Assembly (NCBI RefSeq): GCF_004010195.1
Contig: NC_057719.1
Location: forward strand, 54,337,926 to 54,393,570
Direction of reading: 5' to 3'
From: Chiloscyllium plagiosum
Taxonomy: Eukaryota
DNA length: 55,645 nucleotides
In this document: piece by piece, positions 38,950-51,864 of the stretch
How the letters are laid out: each line of letters opens with the position of its first letter
How positions within the stretch are numbered: position 1 is the stretch's first letter
Made by a program: the position numbers and the translations under genes
Notes under the pieces: model-generated
Database searches by the model: none
Told to the model about the DNA's origin: nothing
Seen by the model: the letters and a program-made list of their open reading frames with translations, nothing else

Positions 38950-40055
38950 TTGACGTGCTGTATTTTGGTAATACATGAGTTTTACACTTAATGGTAAGGT
39001 CCTGGGGCGTGTTGCCAGACAAAGAGACCTTGGGGTGTCAGTTCATTGTTGCTTGAAAGCAGAATCGCAGGTAGACAGGATAGTGAAGCGGCTTTCAGTA
39101 TACTTGCCTTTATTGGTCACTACATTGTGTTTAACAGTTGGAGGTCAAGTTGAGGCTATACAGGACATTGGTTAGGCTCCTTTAGAATACTGCATTCAGT
39201 TCTGGTCTCCTGCTATAGGAAAGGTGTTGTGAAACTTGAAAGGGTTCAAAAAAGATTTACAAGGATATTGCCAGGGTTGGTGGGTTTAAGCTATAAGTAG
39301 AGGCTGAATAGACTGGGGCTATTTTCCCTGTAGCATCAGAGGCTAAGGGGTGACCTTCTAGAGGTTTATAAAATCATGACGGCTATTGATAGGGTGAATA
39401 GCCAAGATCTTTTTCCTAGGATAGGGGAATACAAAACTAGAGGGCATAGGTTTAGGTAAGAGGGGAAAAATTGGCGGCACAGTAGCTCGCACTGTTGCCT
39501 TACAGAACCAGAGACATGCGTTCACTTCCAGCCACAGGCAACTGTTTGCATGGAATTTGCACATTCTCTCTGTGTCTGCATGGGTTTCCTCCAGGTGCTC
39601 CGGTTTCCTCCTACAATCCAAAGATGTGCAGGTTAGGTGAATTGGCCATACTAAATTGCCCATTGTGTTCAGAGATGTGTCGGTTAGGCATATTCGTTAG
39701 GAGTAAATCTAGAGTCATAGGGTAGGGGAATGGTGGGTTACTCTTCGGAGGGTTGGTGTGGACTTGCTGGGCCAAATGGCTGTTTCCAAACTGTACAGAT
39801 TGTATGATTGAAAAGGTTCCTAAGGGGCAACCTTTTTATGCAGAGGGTGTTATGTGTATGGAATGAACTGTCACAGGAAGTCAGAGAAGCTGGTACAATT
39901 ACAACATTTAAAAGGCATCTGAACAGATATATGAATAGGAAGGGTTTAGAGGAATATGGGCCAAATGCTAGCAAATGGGACTCGATTAATTTAAGATATG
40001 TGGTTGGCATGAGTGAGTTAGAACGCTCTGTTTCTATGTTGTACATCTCTATACA
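38950..40055 (+). mobile_element. CR1 3' portion with nested HE1
   Basis: TLNGKVLGRVARQRDLGV, LRGNLFMQRVLCVWNEL. Confidence 0.88.
39473..39808 (+). mobile_element. HE1-like V-SINE
   Basis: ggcggcacagtagc head, V domain, tail. Confidence 0.88.
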
Positions 40056-40068
40056 TTAATCTTTCATG

Positions 40069-40281
40069 ATGTGGAAGTGTCGGTGTTGAATTAGGGGTGG
40101 ACAAAGTTAAAAATCACACAACACCAGGTTATAGTCCAACAGGTTTATTTGGAAATATAAGCTTTCGGAGTGCTGCTCCTTCATCAGGTAGCCACCTGAC
40201 AGGACGAAGAAGCAGAGCTCCGAAAGCTAGTGCTTCCAAATAAACCTGTTGGACTACAACTGGTGTGTGATTTTTAACGTC
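40069..40281. mobile_element. Palindromic mini-element made of two inverted hammerhead-bearing pLTR-like arms; 10-bp TSD
   Basis: Inverted repeat 40106-40278; atctttcatg at 40059-40068 and 40282-40291; minus-strand CUGAUGA-a-GGAGC-agc-ACUCC-GAAA-GCU at 40160-40187. Confidence 0.8.
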
Positions 40282-40524
40282 ATCTTTCATGTGTGAAAGT
40301 TAGTTCTTTAAATTAATCTACATTTCTTTAGTAGAGCCTAGTTTTTGATGCTGCTTTTGACATTCTTCCATTTCTAATACTAACTTTGCTGGATTTCAGG
40401 CTCGTCTCCTTTCCACTTTATCTTATCTCGTCTGATGAACTTGGGCTGTAGCTGCTGTATCGGTGTGGAACGGGCTAGTGTGTCATTCCTACAAATTGAC
40501 CATTTTACTCATTTTATCTGACCC

Positions 40525-40965
40525 TTGCCAGGGTTGGAGGGTTTGCGTTCGAGGGAAAGGCTGAATAGTCTGCGGCTGTTTTCCCTACACTATCGGAGGC
40601 TGACCTCATAAAGGTTTATACAATCATGAGGGGCACGGATAGGGTGAATATGCAAGATCTTTTCCCTGAAGAGGGGGAGCCCAGAACTAGAGTTCAAGGT
40701 GAAAGGGGAAAGATTTAAAAGGGACCTAAGTGGCAATTGTTTCACACAGAGGGTGATGCATGTATGGAATGAGCTGCAGATGAAGTGGTGGAGGCTGGTA
40801 CAACTGCAACATTTAAAAGGCATCTGGATGGGTACATGAATAGGAAGTGTTTAGAGGCATGTGGGCCAAGTGCTGACAAATGGGACTAGATTAATTTACA
40901 ATATCTGGTCAACATGGACAAATTGGACTGAACGGTCTGTTTCTGTGCTGTATAACTATGACTCT
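40525..40965 (+). mobile_element. CR1 3' fragment
   Basis: Colinear with 22440-22890. Confidence 0.85.
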
Positions 40966-41170
40966 TGAAGCTTTCAGACATGTGAAGAATTTCATACTTA
41001 CCCAATCATTGCCTAACATAAAATCCACCTCTTCAACGGATAAACTGGGACCAATTCCCATTTAACAATTCGGACGACTAAGTTGCTTTGTAAATTAATT
41101 TTGCATAAGGGAACACATCTATAACTGACTCATAACAGCCTTCCATCAAACTATCTGGAACACAAATTAT

Positions 41171-41290
41171 GTCTCTTGTTGGACAGTGGTAGTGTCCCTA
41201 CCTCCGAGCCAGGAGACATAGGTTCAAGTCCCATCTGCCTTAGAAGTGTGCAACAACATCTCTCTGAACAGGTCGATGAGAAAATATCTA
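41171..41290 (+). mobile_element. Short tRNA-derived SINE, family B
   Basis: A-box-like tggacagtgg, B box ggttcaagtcc; homologous to both units at 42251-42524. Confidence 0.75.
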
Positions 41291-41460
41291 TCATCAGCCA
41301 TCATCTGCTGCAGTAGCTCTCAAAATATTAATTGATTCACTTGTGCTGTTGGACAAATATGGGAACAGTTCTTCAGAGACAAAACTTCAACAGTCTTTGG
41401 CGAGATGTGTGCAGTAATAAAGGAAAAATTTTCTTGACTATACAAAGTCACATCCCCATT

Positions 41461-41708
41461 GCAACTGTCTGTGTGGAGTTAGCACATTCTCCCTGTGTCT
41501 GCGTGGGTTTCCTCCAGGTGCACCGGTTTCCTCCCACAGTCCAAAGATGTGCAGGTCAGGTGAATTGGCCATGCTAAATTGCCCGTGGTGTTAGGTGCAT
41601 TAGTCAGAGGGAAATGGGACTGAGTGGGTTACTCTTCGGAGGGTTGGTGTGGACTTGTTGGGCCGAAGGGCCTGTTTCCACACTATAGGAAATCTAATCT
41701 AATCTAAA
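41461..41708 (+). mobile_element. 5'-truncated HE1-like V-SINE
   Basis: V domain and (aatct)n tail. Confidence 0.9.
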
Positions 41709-41817
41709 AATTACAGTAGCTTCCGAGGGACATGTTAAACAAGCAGTATTGTTGCTGTCTTAAAAACAATTTCCTTAAGTGCTCCTATTACTCTCACTGA
41801 TACATTGTTTCAGCATA

Positions 41818-44800
41818 GGGGAGGTGGTGGTGTCGTGGTAATACCACTGGACTAGTAATCTAGAATTCCAAATTAATGAGAGCTTTGAAAGGCACCACAG
41901 CAGGAGGTGAAATTTCAATTGAATAAAATCCAGAAAAAGTATCTAGCCAAATGGTGACCAAGTAAAATTTGTCACAAATATCCATCTGGCTCCATCATGT
42001 CCTTTATGGAAGGATGTCAACTAACATCATCAAGTCTGTTCAACATGTGACTCCAGATCTATAGTGATGTCGTTGACTCTTAATCATCCTCTGAAATTGT
42101 CCATCGCAAACCACTCACTTGAATCAATTCACTACAAAGTCTAAAGAAAGGTATGAAATTGGATGGACCACCTAACAGAGACTGAGACACCACAAATAGG
42201 AAGGGTAAACACAGCCTGTTGACCCCATGGAGTCCCATTTACCAATATCTAATTTTTCTTATTACCTTATTTTTATAATGAATCGGTTCATGTAAGTTAA
42301 TACACTTCTCAGCAGCAGGTGGGACTTGAATCTGGATCTCTTAGTCCAGGGAGAAGGCTGCTACTGTGCCACAAGAGGGCCCCTTGTTTTTTTCTAATTT
42401 AACCTATTTTTCTAATCAACTTGTTCAGAGAAATTTTATTACACACCTCTGGAGCAGGTGGGACTTGAACCCAGGCTCCCCTGGTCCAGGGCAAGGACAC
42501 TACCATGGGGACACAAGAGGGCCCTTTACTAACATCGAAAGGCTTTGACAAGAAAAAAATGGTCACCTGTACCAGGGACAGACTCATGAAGTGACAGCTT
42601 GACAGTTTTACTCACATAACCATACTGAACAAACAATGACTCAGGCAGCACCATCACCATGCAAACCAGACAGCAGAGTGATATGTAGTTAGGAAGGAGT
42701 TGCCCTGAGAGTTCTCAACATTGATTCCAAACAATATAATAACTTCATGGCATCAAGTCAAACCTGAGCAAAGAAACACAATCATGACCTATTTTGCCCC
42801 TCAGCTGATGAATCAGTACTCCTCCATGTTGAACACCACTGCGGGAAGCAGTGAGAGTGACAAGGGCAGAGAATGTCCTCTGGCTGAGGGACTTCAATGT
42901 CCATCATCAATATTGATTCAGTCGCAATGCCACCGCCTGAGTTTGCCTCATCCTAAAAAAAAGGATAGCTGCTGGTCTGGATCTGCAAGAAAGAGTGATG
43001 GAATTAATTAAAAAGGGAGAAAAGTTTCACTGAATTTATCCTTAACAACGTACCTTTCACAGATATGTCTGTCCATGACAGTATTTTTAGGATGGACCAC
43101 TGCACAATTCCTGTAGTGATAAAAATCCCATTTTCACATTGAGAATAAACTTCACCACGTTGCATGGCACTGCCATTGTACTAGATGAGGCACTCTTTGA
43201 ACAGATCTCGCAATTCAAGACAATTCACTCAGCTGCTGTGGGCTGTCATCAACAGCAGAATTGGATTAAATCACAGTCTATATCCTCAGGCCATGGGTTA
43301 TGCCCCATTCAGTTATTACAATCAAGTCAACAAATCAACCCTAGTTAAAGAATACAGGAGGGCAGGCCAGGACTACCACTACATAGACCTGAAAATGAGG
43401 TGTCAACCTTCTGAAGCTAGAACACAGGATAGCTTCCATGCTAAACAGAAAAGCATAGAACGAACGATGGACAGAGTTAAGTGATCCTGCAACTGCAGAT
43501 AAGAGATAAGGTCTGCAGTTCTGCCAGATCTAGTTATGCAATTAAACAAATTGAAGAGATGAAAATTCCACAACAACCACGTGTTTAATGATAGGGGAGT
43601 TCAACACATCAGTGCAAAAGCTGTGGTTGAAGTAACTGCATCCATGTTCAGCCATAACTGTCAAGTGGATGACTCATCTGCCATATCTTAGGTCCCCAGC
43701 CTCACAGATGCCAGTCATTAACCAATTTGATTCATTACATGTGATCACAAGAAATAGCTGAAGAAAGTTGGTAGTGCAGAGCTTATATGTCAAGACATAT
43801 TCCTGCAATAGTGCAGAAGGTCTTTGCATCAGAACTACCTGTACCCCGAGCGAAGATTTTCCATCACAGCTATAGCATCTACCACACATTGTGGAAAATT
43901 GCCTAGGTAAGTCCTGTGCATAAAAAGCATGGTGAATCCAATCAGCCAGTAAGTGCCCTATCAGTCTGCATTTGATCATTTGTGAAGTGATGGAAGTGCT
44001 GATCAACAGTGCTATCAAGCACCACTTTAAACAAATACACTGTTTATTCATGCTCAGTTCAATTCCATCAAGACCACTTGTGTCTTAACCTCATTGCAGT
44101 CTTCATCAAAATATGGTCAAACCAGCTGAATTCCAGAGATGAGCTGACAGTGACTGCCCTTGACATCAAAACAGCACTTGACTCAGTGTGGCAATGTGGA
44201 TACCAAGCAAAATGAGAATTAGTGGGAATTAAAAGAAAATCTTTTTTTCTAGTTGGAGTCATACTTGATGTGAAGGAAGATGGTTGTGAATGTTAAAGGT
44301 TAATCATTTCAACCACAGGACATCACTGAAAGTGTTCTTCAGCTAGCATCTTGAGCCTAACTATCTTACTCTGCTTGATCAGTGTTCTTCTCTCTGTCGT
44401 AAGGTGAGAAATGTAGATGTTCGCTCCTGATTGCACAATGTCCAGCACTATTTGTGACTGAAGCAGTCCATGTTCATAAGCAGTAATTCCTGGGGAACAA
44501 CCAGATTTGGATTAATGTGAGCCAAATAACACTTATGCAACATTTCCAGACAATATCTCCAATGTCATTACTACCACAGAATCCCCCACTATCAACTTCC
44601 TAGTGGTTACCATTATCTAGAAACTGAACCATACAAATACTGTGGCTTGTAGAACAGGTTAGAGGATAGGAATTCTGAAGCAAGTAATGTATCTACTGCC
44701 TGTCCACCACCTATGAAATACAATTCTCCAACATGTTGGATAACCTTTTGCTCGCCTGGATGAATGCACCCCAAAATACATTCAAGAAGTTCAACACCAT

Positions 44801-45010
44801 CGACGACAATGCAGGCTCCGTGAATAGCAGCCCAACTACCATTTAATTTGCACTTCCTTCACTACTGATGCACGGTAGCGGCTATTTGTAACATCTAAAA
44901 GACTGCTTGCAGGTACTTATCAAGCTTCCTTTGATAGCACCTTGCAAACCCACGATCTGACCACCCAGAAGGAAAAGGGTAATTGATGCATGGAAACACC
45001 ACAAGCTCAA
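41818..45010 (+). mobile_element. Decayed CR1/L2-group LINE apparently headed by a tRNA-derived (SINE family A) 5' region, with no visible ORF1
   Basis: Head 41818-42090 is homologous to 3715-3410(-). ATG at 42153. APE motifs NVLWLRDFNVHH (42872-42907) and MDH (~43092). RT motifs VTALDIKTALDSVW (~44150) and MFAPD (~44417). Confidence 0.7.
42251..42524 (-). mobile_element. Head-to-tail dimer of SINE family B nested in the LINE
   Basis: Two ~135-bp units; approximate TSD tttaccaatatc (42238-42249) / tttactaacatc (42525-42536). Confidence 0.75.
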
Positions 45011-45011
45011 G

Positions 45012-45740
45012 TCAAGGAATTTAAGCAAATTAATATTAACAGAGAACATGTTTTGGAAAACTGTAAGAGACTTAGATCTTACAAATTCCCAGAACCTGGT
45101 GACTTATGTCTCAGGCTTCTGAAAATGATAGCTGCAATGATAGTGGGTATTGAGCTATAATTCTCCGGATTTCCCAGCAGATTTAAAGTTAGAAAATGCT
45201 TTTCAAGAAAGCAGGGGGAGAGAAAACAATGAAATACAATCCAGTCAACAAAATACTGGTCATTTGAAAAATTCTGAAATCTATCCTTAACTCATTCTTA
45301 ATAATGCACTTAGAAAAGCAAAATATCAATCGAACAAAGAAATATGGTTCTCCAAATAAGAAATCCTGGCTGAAAAATATACTGAGGTTCTTTGGGGATG
45401 TGACTAAAATGGTTGATAAAGGGAACTGGAATGTGTAGTTTATTTGGATTTCCAAGAGGGATTTGATTGGTAGGATAAGGACTCAAAACATTAGGGCAAT
45501 AAATTGGCTTGGAGAAAGTATTGTTCAATGGACAAAAAACAGAGGATGGGCATAAATGGAGCATGAGCATAGGCAGTGAATGATGGAGTGCCACAGAAGA
45601 TGATTGTAAATATGTGAGGCCCCAGCAATCTATAATAAGAAGATGGATGAAAAGACAGAGTAAAGTCTCTAAGCATGCTAATGAAATGTAAGCTCTGGCA
45701 AAAGCCCAGAGAGGCCACAAAGTAATACAGGCAGGTTAAA
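45012..45740 (+). mobile_element. Old CR1, left part (continues at 52369)
   Basis: Decayed RT motifs (tttatttggatttccaagagggatttgat; ggagtgccacag). Confidence 0.7.
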
Positions 45741-48700
45741 TAGAGTCATAGAGTCATAGAGATGTACAGCACAGAAACAGACCCTTTGGTCCAACCCGTC
45801 CATGCTGACCAGATATCCCAACCCAATCTAGTCCCACCTGCCAGCACCTGGCCCATATCCCTCCAAACCCTTCCTATTCATATACCCATCCAGATGCCTT
45901 TTAAATGCAATTGTACTAGCCTCCACCACTTCCTGTGGCAGCTCATTCCACACACGTACCAACTTCTGTGTGAAAAAGTTGCCCCTTAGGTCTCTTTTAT
46001 ATCTTTACCCTCTCTCCCGAAACCTATGCCCTCTAGTTCTGATCTCCCTCACCCCAGGGAAAAGACTTTGTCTATTTTGCCTATCCATGCCCCTCATGAT
46101 TTTACAAACCTCGAAAAGGTCATGTCTCAGCCTCCGATGCTCCAGGGAAAACAGCCCTAGCCTATTCAACCTCTCCCTATAGCTCAAATCCTCCAACCCT
46201 GGCAACATCCTTGTAAACCTTTTCTGAAGCCTTTCAAAGTTCACAACATCTTTCCGATAGGAAGGAGACCAGAATTTCACGCAATATTCCAACAGTGACC
46301 TAACCAATACCCTGTACAGCCATAAAATGGCCTCCCAACTCCTGAACTCAATATTCTGACCAATAAAGGAAAGCATACCAAACGCCTTCTTCACTATCCT
46401 ATCTACCTGCGACTCCACTTTCAAGGAGCTATGAACCTGCAGTCCAAGATCTCTTTGTTCAGCATCACTCCCTATGACTTTATCATTAAGTGTATAAGTC
46501 CTGCTAAGATTTGCTTTCCCAAAATGCAGCACCTCACATATATCTAAATTAAACTCCACCTGCCATTTCTTAGCCCATTGGATTACAATCCCATTGTAAT
46601 CTGAGGCAGCCTTCTTTGCTGTCCACTACACCTCCAATTTTGGTGTCAACATCAAACTTACTAACTATACCTCTTATGCTCACATCCAAATCATTCATAC
46701 AAGTGATGAAAAGCAGTGGACCCAGCACCGCCCTTTGTGGCACTCCACTGGTCACAGGTCTCCAGTCTGAAAAACAACATTCCATCACCACCCTCTGACT
46801 TCTACCTTTGAGCCAGTTCGGTATCCAAATGGCAAGTTCTCCCTGTATTCCATGAGATCTAATCTTGCTATTCAGTCTCCCATGGGGAACCTTGTTGAAT
46901 GCCTTACTGAAATCCAGAAAGATCACATCTATCACTTTGCCCTCATCAATCCTCTTTGTTACTTCTTCAAAAGCCAATCAAATTTGTGAGACATGATTGC
47001 CCATGCACAAAGCCATGTTGACTATCTCTAATCAGTCCTTGCCTTTCCAAATACATGTACATCTCTGTCCATCAGGATTCCCTCCAACAACTTGCCCACC
47101 ACCAACATCAGGCTCACTGGTCTATAGTTCCCTGGCTTGTCCTTACCACCTTTCTTAAACAGTGGCTAACCTCCAGTCTTCTGCCACCTCATCTGTGACT
47201 ATCGATGATACAAATGTCTCAACAAGAGGCCCAGCAATCACTTCCCTAGCATCCTACAGAGTTCTGGGGCAACCTGATCAGGTCCTCAGGATTTATCCAC
47301 TTTTATGTATTTCAAGACATCCAGCACTTCTTCCCCTTTAAAATGGACATTTTGCAAGGTGTCACCATCTATTTCCCTACATTCTATATCTTCCACGTCC
47401 TTTTCCACAGTAAATACTGATGTAAAATACTCATTTAATTTCTGCCCCATCTCCTGCGCTCCACACAAAGGTTGCCTTGCTGATCTTTGAGGGGTCCTAT
47501 TCTCTCCCTAGTTACCCTTTTGTCCTGAATGTATTTGTAAAATCCCTTTGGATTCTCCTTAATACTATTTGCCAAAGCTATCTCATGTTCTCTTTTTGCC
47601 CTCCTGATTTCTCTCTTAAGTATACTCCTACTGCCTTTATACTTTTCTAAGGATTCACTCGATCTATCTTGTCTATATGTGCTTCCTTCTTTTTCTTACC
47701 CAAACCCTCAATTTCTTTAGTCATCCAACATTCCCTATACCTACCAGCCTTCCCTTTCACCCTGACAGGAATAAACTTTCTCTGGATTTTCGTTATCTCA
47801 TTTCTGAAGGCTTCCCATTTTCCAGCCGTCCCTTCACCTGTGAACATCTGCCCCCAATCAACTTTTGAAAGTTCTTGCCTAGTACCGTCAAAATTGGCCT
47901 TTCTCCAATTTAGAACTTCAACTTTTAGATCTGGTCTATCCTTATCCATCACTATTTTAAAACAAAGAGAATTATAGTCACTGGCCCCAAAGTGCTCCCC
48001 CACTGACACCTCAGTCACCTGCCATGCCTTACTTCACAAGAGTCGGTCAGGTTTTGCACCTTCTCTGTAGGCACATCCACATACTGAATCAGAAAACTGT
48101 CTTGTACACACTTAACAAATTCCTCTCCACTTAAATCCTTAACACTATGGCAGTCCCAGTCTATGTTTGAAAGTTAAAATTCCTGACCATAAACTATCCT
48201 ATTGTTCTTACAGATAGCTGAGATCTCCTTACAAATTTGTTTCTCAATTTCCCTCCGACTATTTGGGGGTCTATAGTACAATCCCAATAAGGTGATCATG
48301 CCCTTCTTATTTCTCAGCTCCACTCAAATAACTTCCCTGGATGTATTTCTGGGAATATCCTCCCTCAGTACAGCTGTAATGCTATCCCTTGTCAAAAATG
48401 CCACTCCCCCTCCTTGCTTGCCTCTTTTTTTGTCCTTCCTGTAGTATTTGTATCCTGGAACATCAAGCTGCCAGTCCTGTCCATCCCTGAACCATGTTTC
48501 TGTAATTGTTCTGATGTCCCAATCCCATGTTCCAAACTATGCCCTGAGTTATCTGCCTTCTCTGTTAGGCCTCTTACGTTGAAATAAATGCAGTTTATTT
48601 TATCAGTCCTACTTTGTTCTCTGCTTAGTCCCTGCCTGCCCTGACTGTTTGACTCCCTTTTGTTCTCAACTGTACCACTCTCAGATTGAAATCATTCCTC

Positions 48701-49908
48701 ATTATCTCCCTGGGTTCACCTGCACCCTCCCACCACATTACTAGTTTATGTCCTCCTGAGCAGCTCTAGCAAATCTCCCTGCCATTATATTAGTCCCCTT
48801 CCAATTCGCATGCAGTCCGTCTTTCTTGTACAGGTCACTTCTACCCCAAAAGAGATTCCAATGATCCAAAAGTGTGAATCCTTCTCCCATACAGCAGCTT
48901 CTCAGCCATGCATTCATCTGCTCTCTCCTCCTCTTCCTGCCCTCACTAGCTCATAGCACCGGGAGTAATCCAGATATTACTACTCTCGAGGACCTCCTTT
49001 TTAGATTTCTGCCTAACTCTCTGTATTCTCCATTCAGGATCGTAACCTTTTTCCTTCCTATGTCATTCGTTCCAATGTGTACAATGACCTCTTGCTGGCC
49101 CCTCTCCCCCTTGAGAACATTCTGCACCCTCTCTGAGACATCCTTGATCCTGGCACCAGGGAAGCAACACACGCTTCAGATTTTTTGTTGCTGGCCATAG
49201 AAACGACTGTATGTATCTCAGACTAAAGAATCCCCGAACACAATTGATTGCTTGGAACCCGACGCAACTCTCATTACATTAGAGCAAGTCTCAATATCAG
49301 AAACTTGGCTGTTCATGCTACGTTCCCCTGAGAATCCATCGCCTCTTATATTTTCCTAAATAGCACACTTGTTTGAAATGTGGATAGTCACAGAAGACTC
49401 CTGCACTATCATCCTACCTCTCTTACTTTTCCTGGAGTTAACCCATCTATGTGACTGCATCTGAGACCTTCCCTCCTTCTTATAACAGCCATCCATCATA
49501 TCCCTTTGCCCTTATAAATTCCTCATTGCCTCTAACTGCCTCTGTAACTGATCCATTCGATCTGATAAGATTTGCAACCAACGGCATTTATTGCAGGTAT
49601 AATCCTCAGTAATCCGTAAACTCTCCCTAAACTACCACATCCGAGAAGTGAATCATACCATTCTACTAAGGGCCACTTTTGCTCTTTCAATCTACAGACC
49701 CACTGTCTTATTCCTCTACAAAGCACTACTCCAGGTTAAATTAATTCTTCTGGCTTATATTTTAAGTTTAGTCAAGAGACATAGCTCGATAAAACATATG
49801 ATCAAGAAAGAACCTAGTCTATTCACTACTGCAAACTTATTTTAAGGCCACACTTAAAATCCACTTTTCTAGGGTGCAGGTTTGCTCGCTGAGCTGTAGG
49901 TTTAATAT

Positions 49909-49948
49909 CCAGACGTTTCGTTTCCTGGCTAGGTAACATCATCAGTGG
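49909..49948 (-). ncRNA. Minimal hammerhead motif (Poseidon pLTR, left copy)
   Basis: Reverse complement reads CCA-CUGAUGA-u-GUUACCU-agcc-AGGAAAC-GAAA-C-GUC-UGG. Confidence 0.75.
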
Positions 49949-50772
49949 CGACCGCCAAGTGAAGCAAAGCTGTTGGCTCCTGCTTTCTATTTATATGTTT
50001 GTCCAGGATGGGGTTCCTGGGGTTTGTGGTGATGTCATTTCCTTTTCGTTTTCTGAGGGGTAGATAGATGGTATCTAGATCTACGTGTTTGTTTATGGTG
50101 TTGTGGTTGGAGTGCCAGACCTCTAGGAATTCTCTGGCATGTCTTTGCTTAGCCTGTCCCAGTTGAAATGGTTTTCTTCATCCGTGTGTCGGCTATGAGG
50201 GAGAGAGGGTCGTGTCTTTTTGTGGCTAGCTGGTGTTCGTGTATCCTGGTGACTAACTTTCTTCCTGTTTGTCCTACGTAGTGTTTGTGGCAGTCCTTGC
50301 ATTGAATTTTGTAGATGACGTTGGTTTTGTCCATGGGTTGTACTGGGTCTTTTAAGTTTGTTAGTTTTTGTTTGAGAGTGTTGGTGGGTTTGTGTGTTAC
50401 TAGGATTCTGGGGGGTCTTAGTAGTCTGGCTGTCATTTTTGAGACTTCTTTGATGTATGGTCAGGTGGTTAGGGTTTCTGGCTGTGTTAGGTCTGCTTGT
50501 CGTGGTTTGTTCCTGAGGAATCTGCGGACTGTATTTTTTGAGTATCCATTCTTCTTGAATACGTTGTATAGGTGGTTCTCCTCTGTTTTCCGAAGTTCGT
50601 CTGTGCTGCAGTGTGTGGTGGCTCGTTGGAATAGTGTTCTGATACAGCTTTGTTTGTGTGTATTGGGATGGTTGCTGGTGTCGTCAAGTATTTGATCTGT
50701 GTTTGTCAGTTTTCTGTATATGCAGCTTTGTAGTTCTCCGTTGTCCATTCCTGGACGTCACAGTCGAAAGAA

Positions 50773-50990
50773 GAGTCTCCCTAGTTAAGCACACTGACTC
50801 TGTGGTGGCTGGTTAAACAAATGGATACATCCAGGAGATTTAGGGTCACTTCAGCTTAGGCCATTGATTCTGTGCTGGCTGGTTAACGATATATAACCAG
50901 GGGATTTGGAGTCTGCTCATGTTAGGGCACTGGTTCTATGCTGGCTGATTAAATAAATATACATAACCAGGAGATTTAGATTCTCCTCTA
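50773..50990. repeat. Three diverged ~65-70 bp tandem units inside the PLE RT region
   Basis: Repeated tg.ttct.tgctggctggttaa...ccagg.gattt.g unit. Confidence 0.8.
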
Positions 50991-51824
50991 TTTGTGTTGG
51001 GATGGTTCCTGGTGTAGTTAAGTATTTGGTCAGTGTTTGTCGGTTTTCTGTATACGCAGGTTTGTAGTTCTCCGTTGTCCTTTCTTTCGACTGTGACATC
51101 CAGGAATGCGAGTTTGTTGTCGGTTTCTTCCTCCTTAGTGAACTTTATGCCTGTGAGGGTGTTGTTGATGATGTTAAATGTCTCTTTTATCTTGTTTCGT
51201 TTTGTGAAGACAAAGGTGTCATCTATGTAGCGGACCCAGATTTTTGGTTTGATGGTTGGTAGGGCTGTTTGTTCTAGTCTTTGCATTACCGCTTCTGCTA
51301 TGAACTCTGATAGCGGAGATCCCATGGGTGTGCCATTGGTTTGTTTGTAGATTATGTTGTTGAAGGTGAAGTGGGTGGTGAGGCACAGGTCCACTGGCTA
51401 CATGATGTTTTCGTTGGTAATGTGATTGATGGTGGTTGGGGTGTGTCATAGTCTCTTCTAAAAGTGTGGTAAGTGTTTCCTTTGCCAGGTCGATGTTGAT
51501 GATGGTGAACAGTGCTGCGACGTGGAATGAGATCATTGTTTCATCTTCCTCTATTTTGGTGTTTTTGATGATTTTTAGGAATTCCATTTCAACTGGGACA
51601 ACACATCTATCCTGGGACAGGCTAAGCAAAGACATGCCAGAGAATTCCTAGAGGCCTGGCACTCCAACCACAACACCATAAACAAACGCATAGATCTAGA
51701 TACCATCTATCAACCCCTCAGAAAACGAACAGGAAATGACATCATACAAACCCCAGGAACCCCATCCGGGACAAACATATAAATAGAAAGCAGGAGACAA
51801 CAGCTTTGCTTCATTTGGCGGTCG

Positions 51825-51864
51825 CCACTGATGATGTTACCTAGCCAGGTAATGAAACGTCTGG
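51825..51864 (+). ncRNA. Minimal hammerhead motif (Poseidon pLTR, right copy)
   Basis: CCA-CUGAUGA-u-GUUACCU-agcc-AGGUAAU-GAAA-C-GUC-UGG. Confidence 0.8.

Noticed and set aside
50773..50990. CRISPR-like array
   Set aside because: Whole units are diverged tandem copies with no unique spacers; eukaryotic context and no cas genes.
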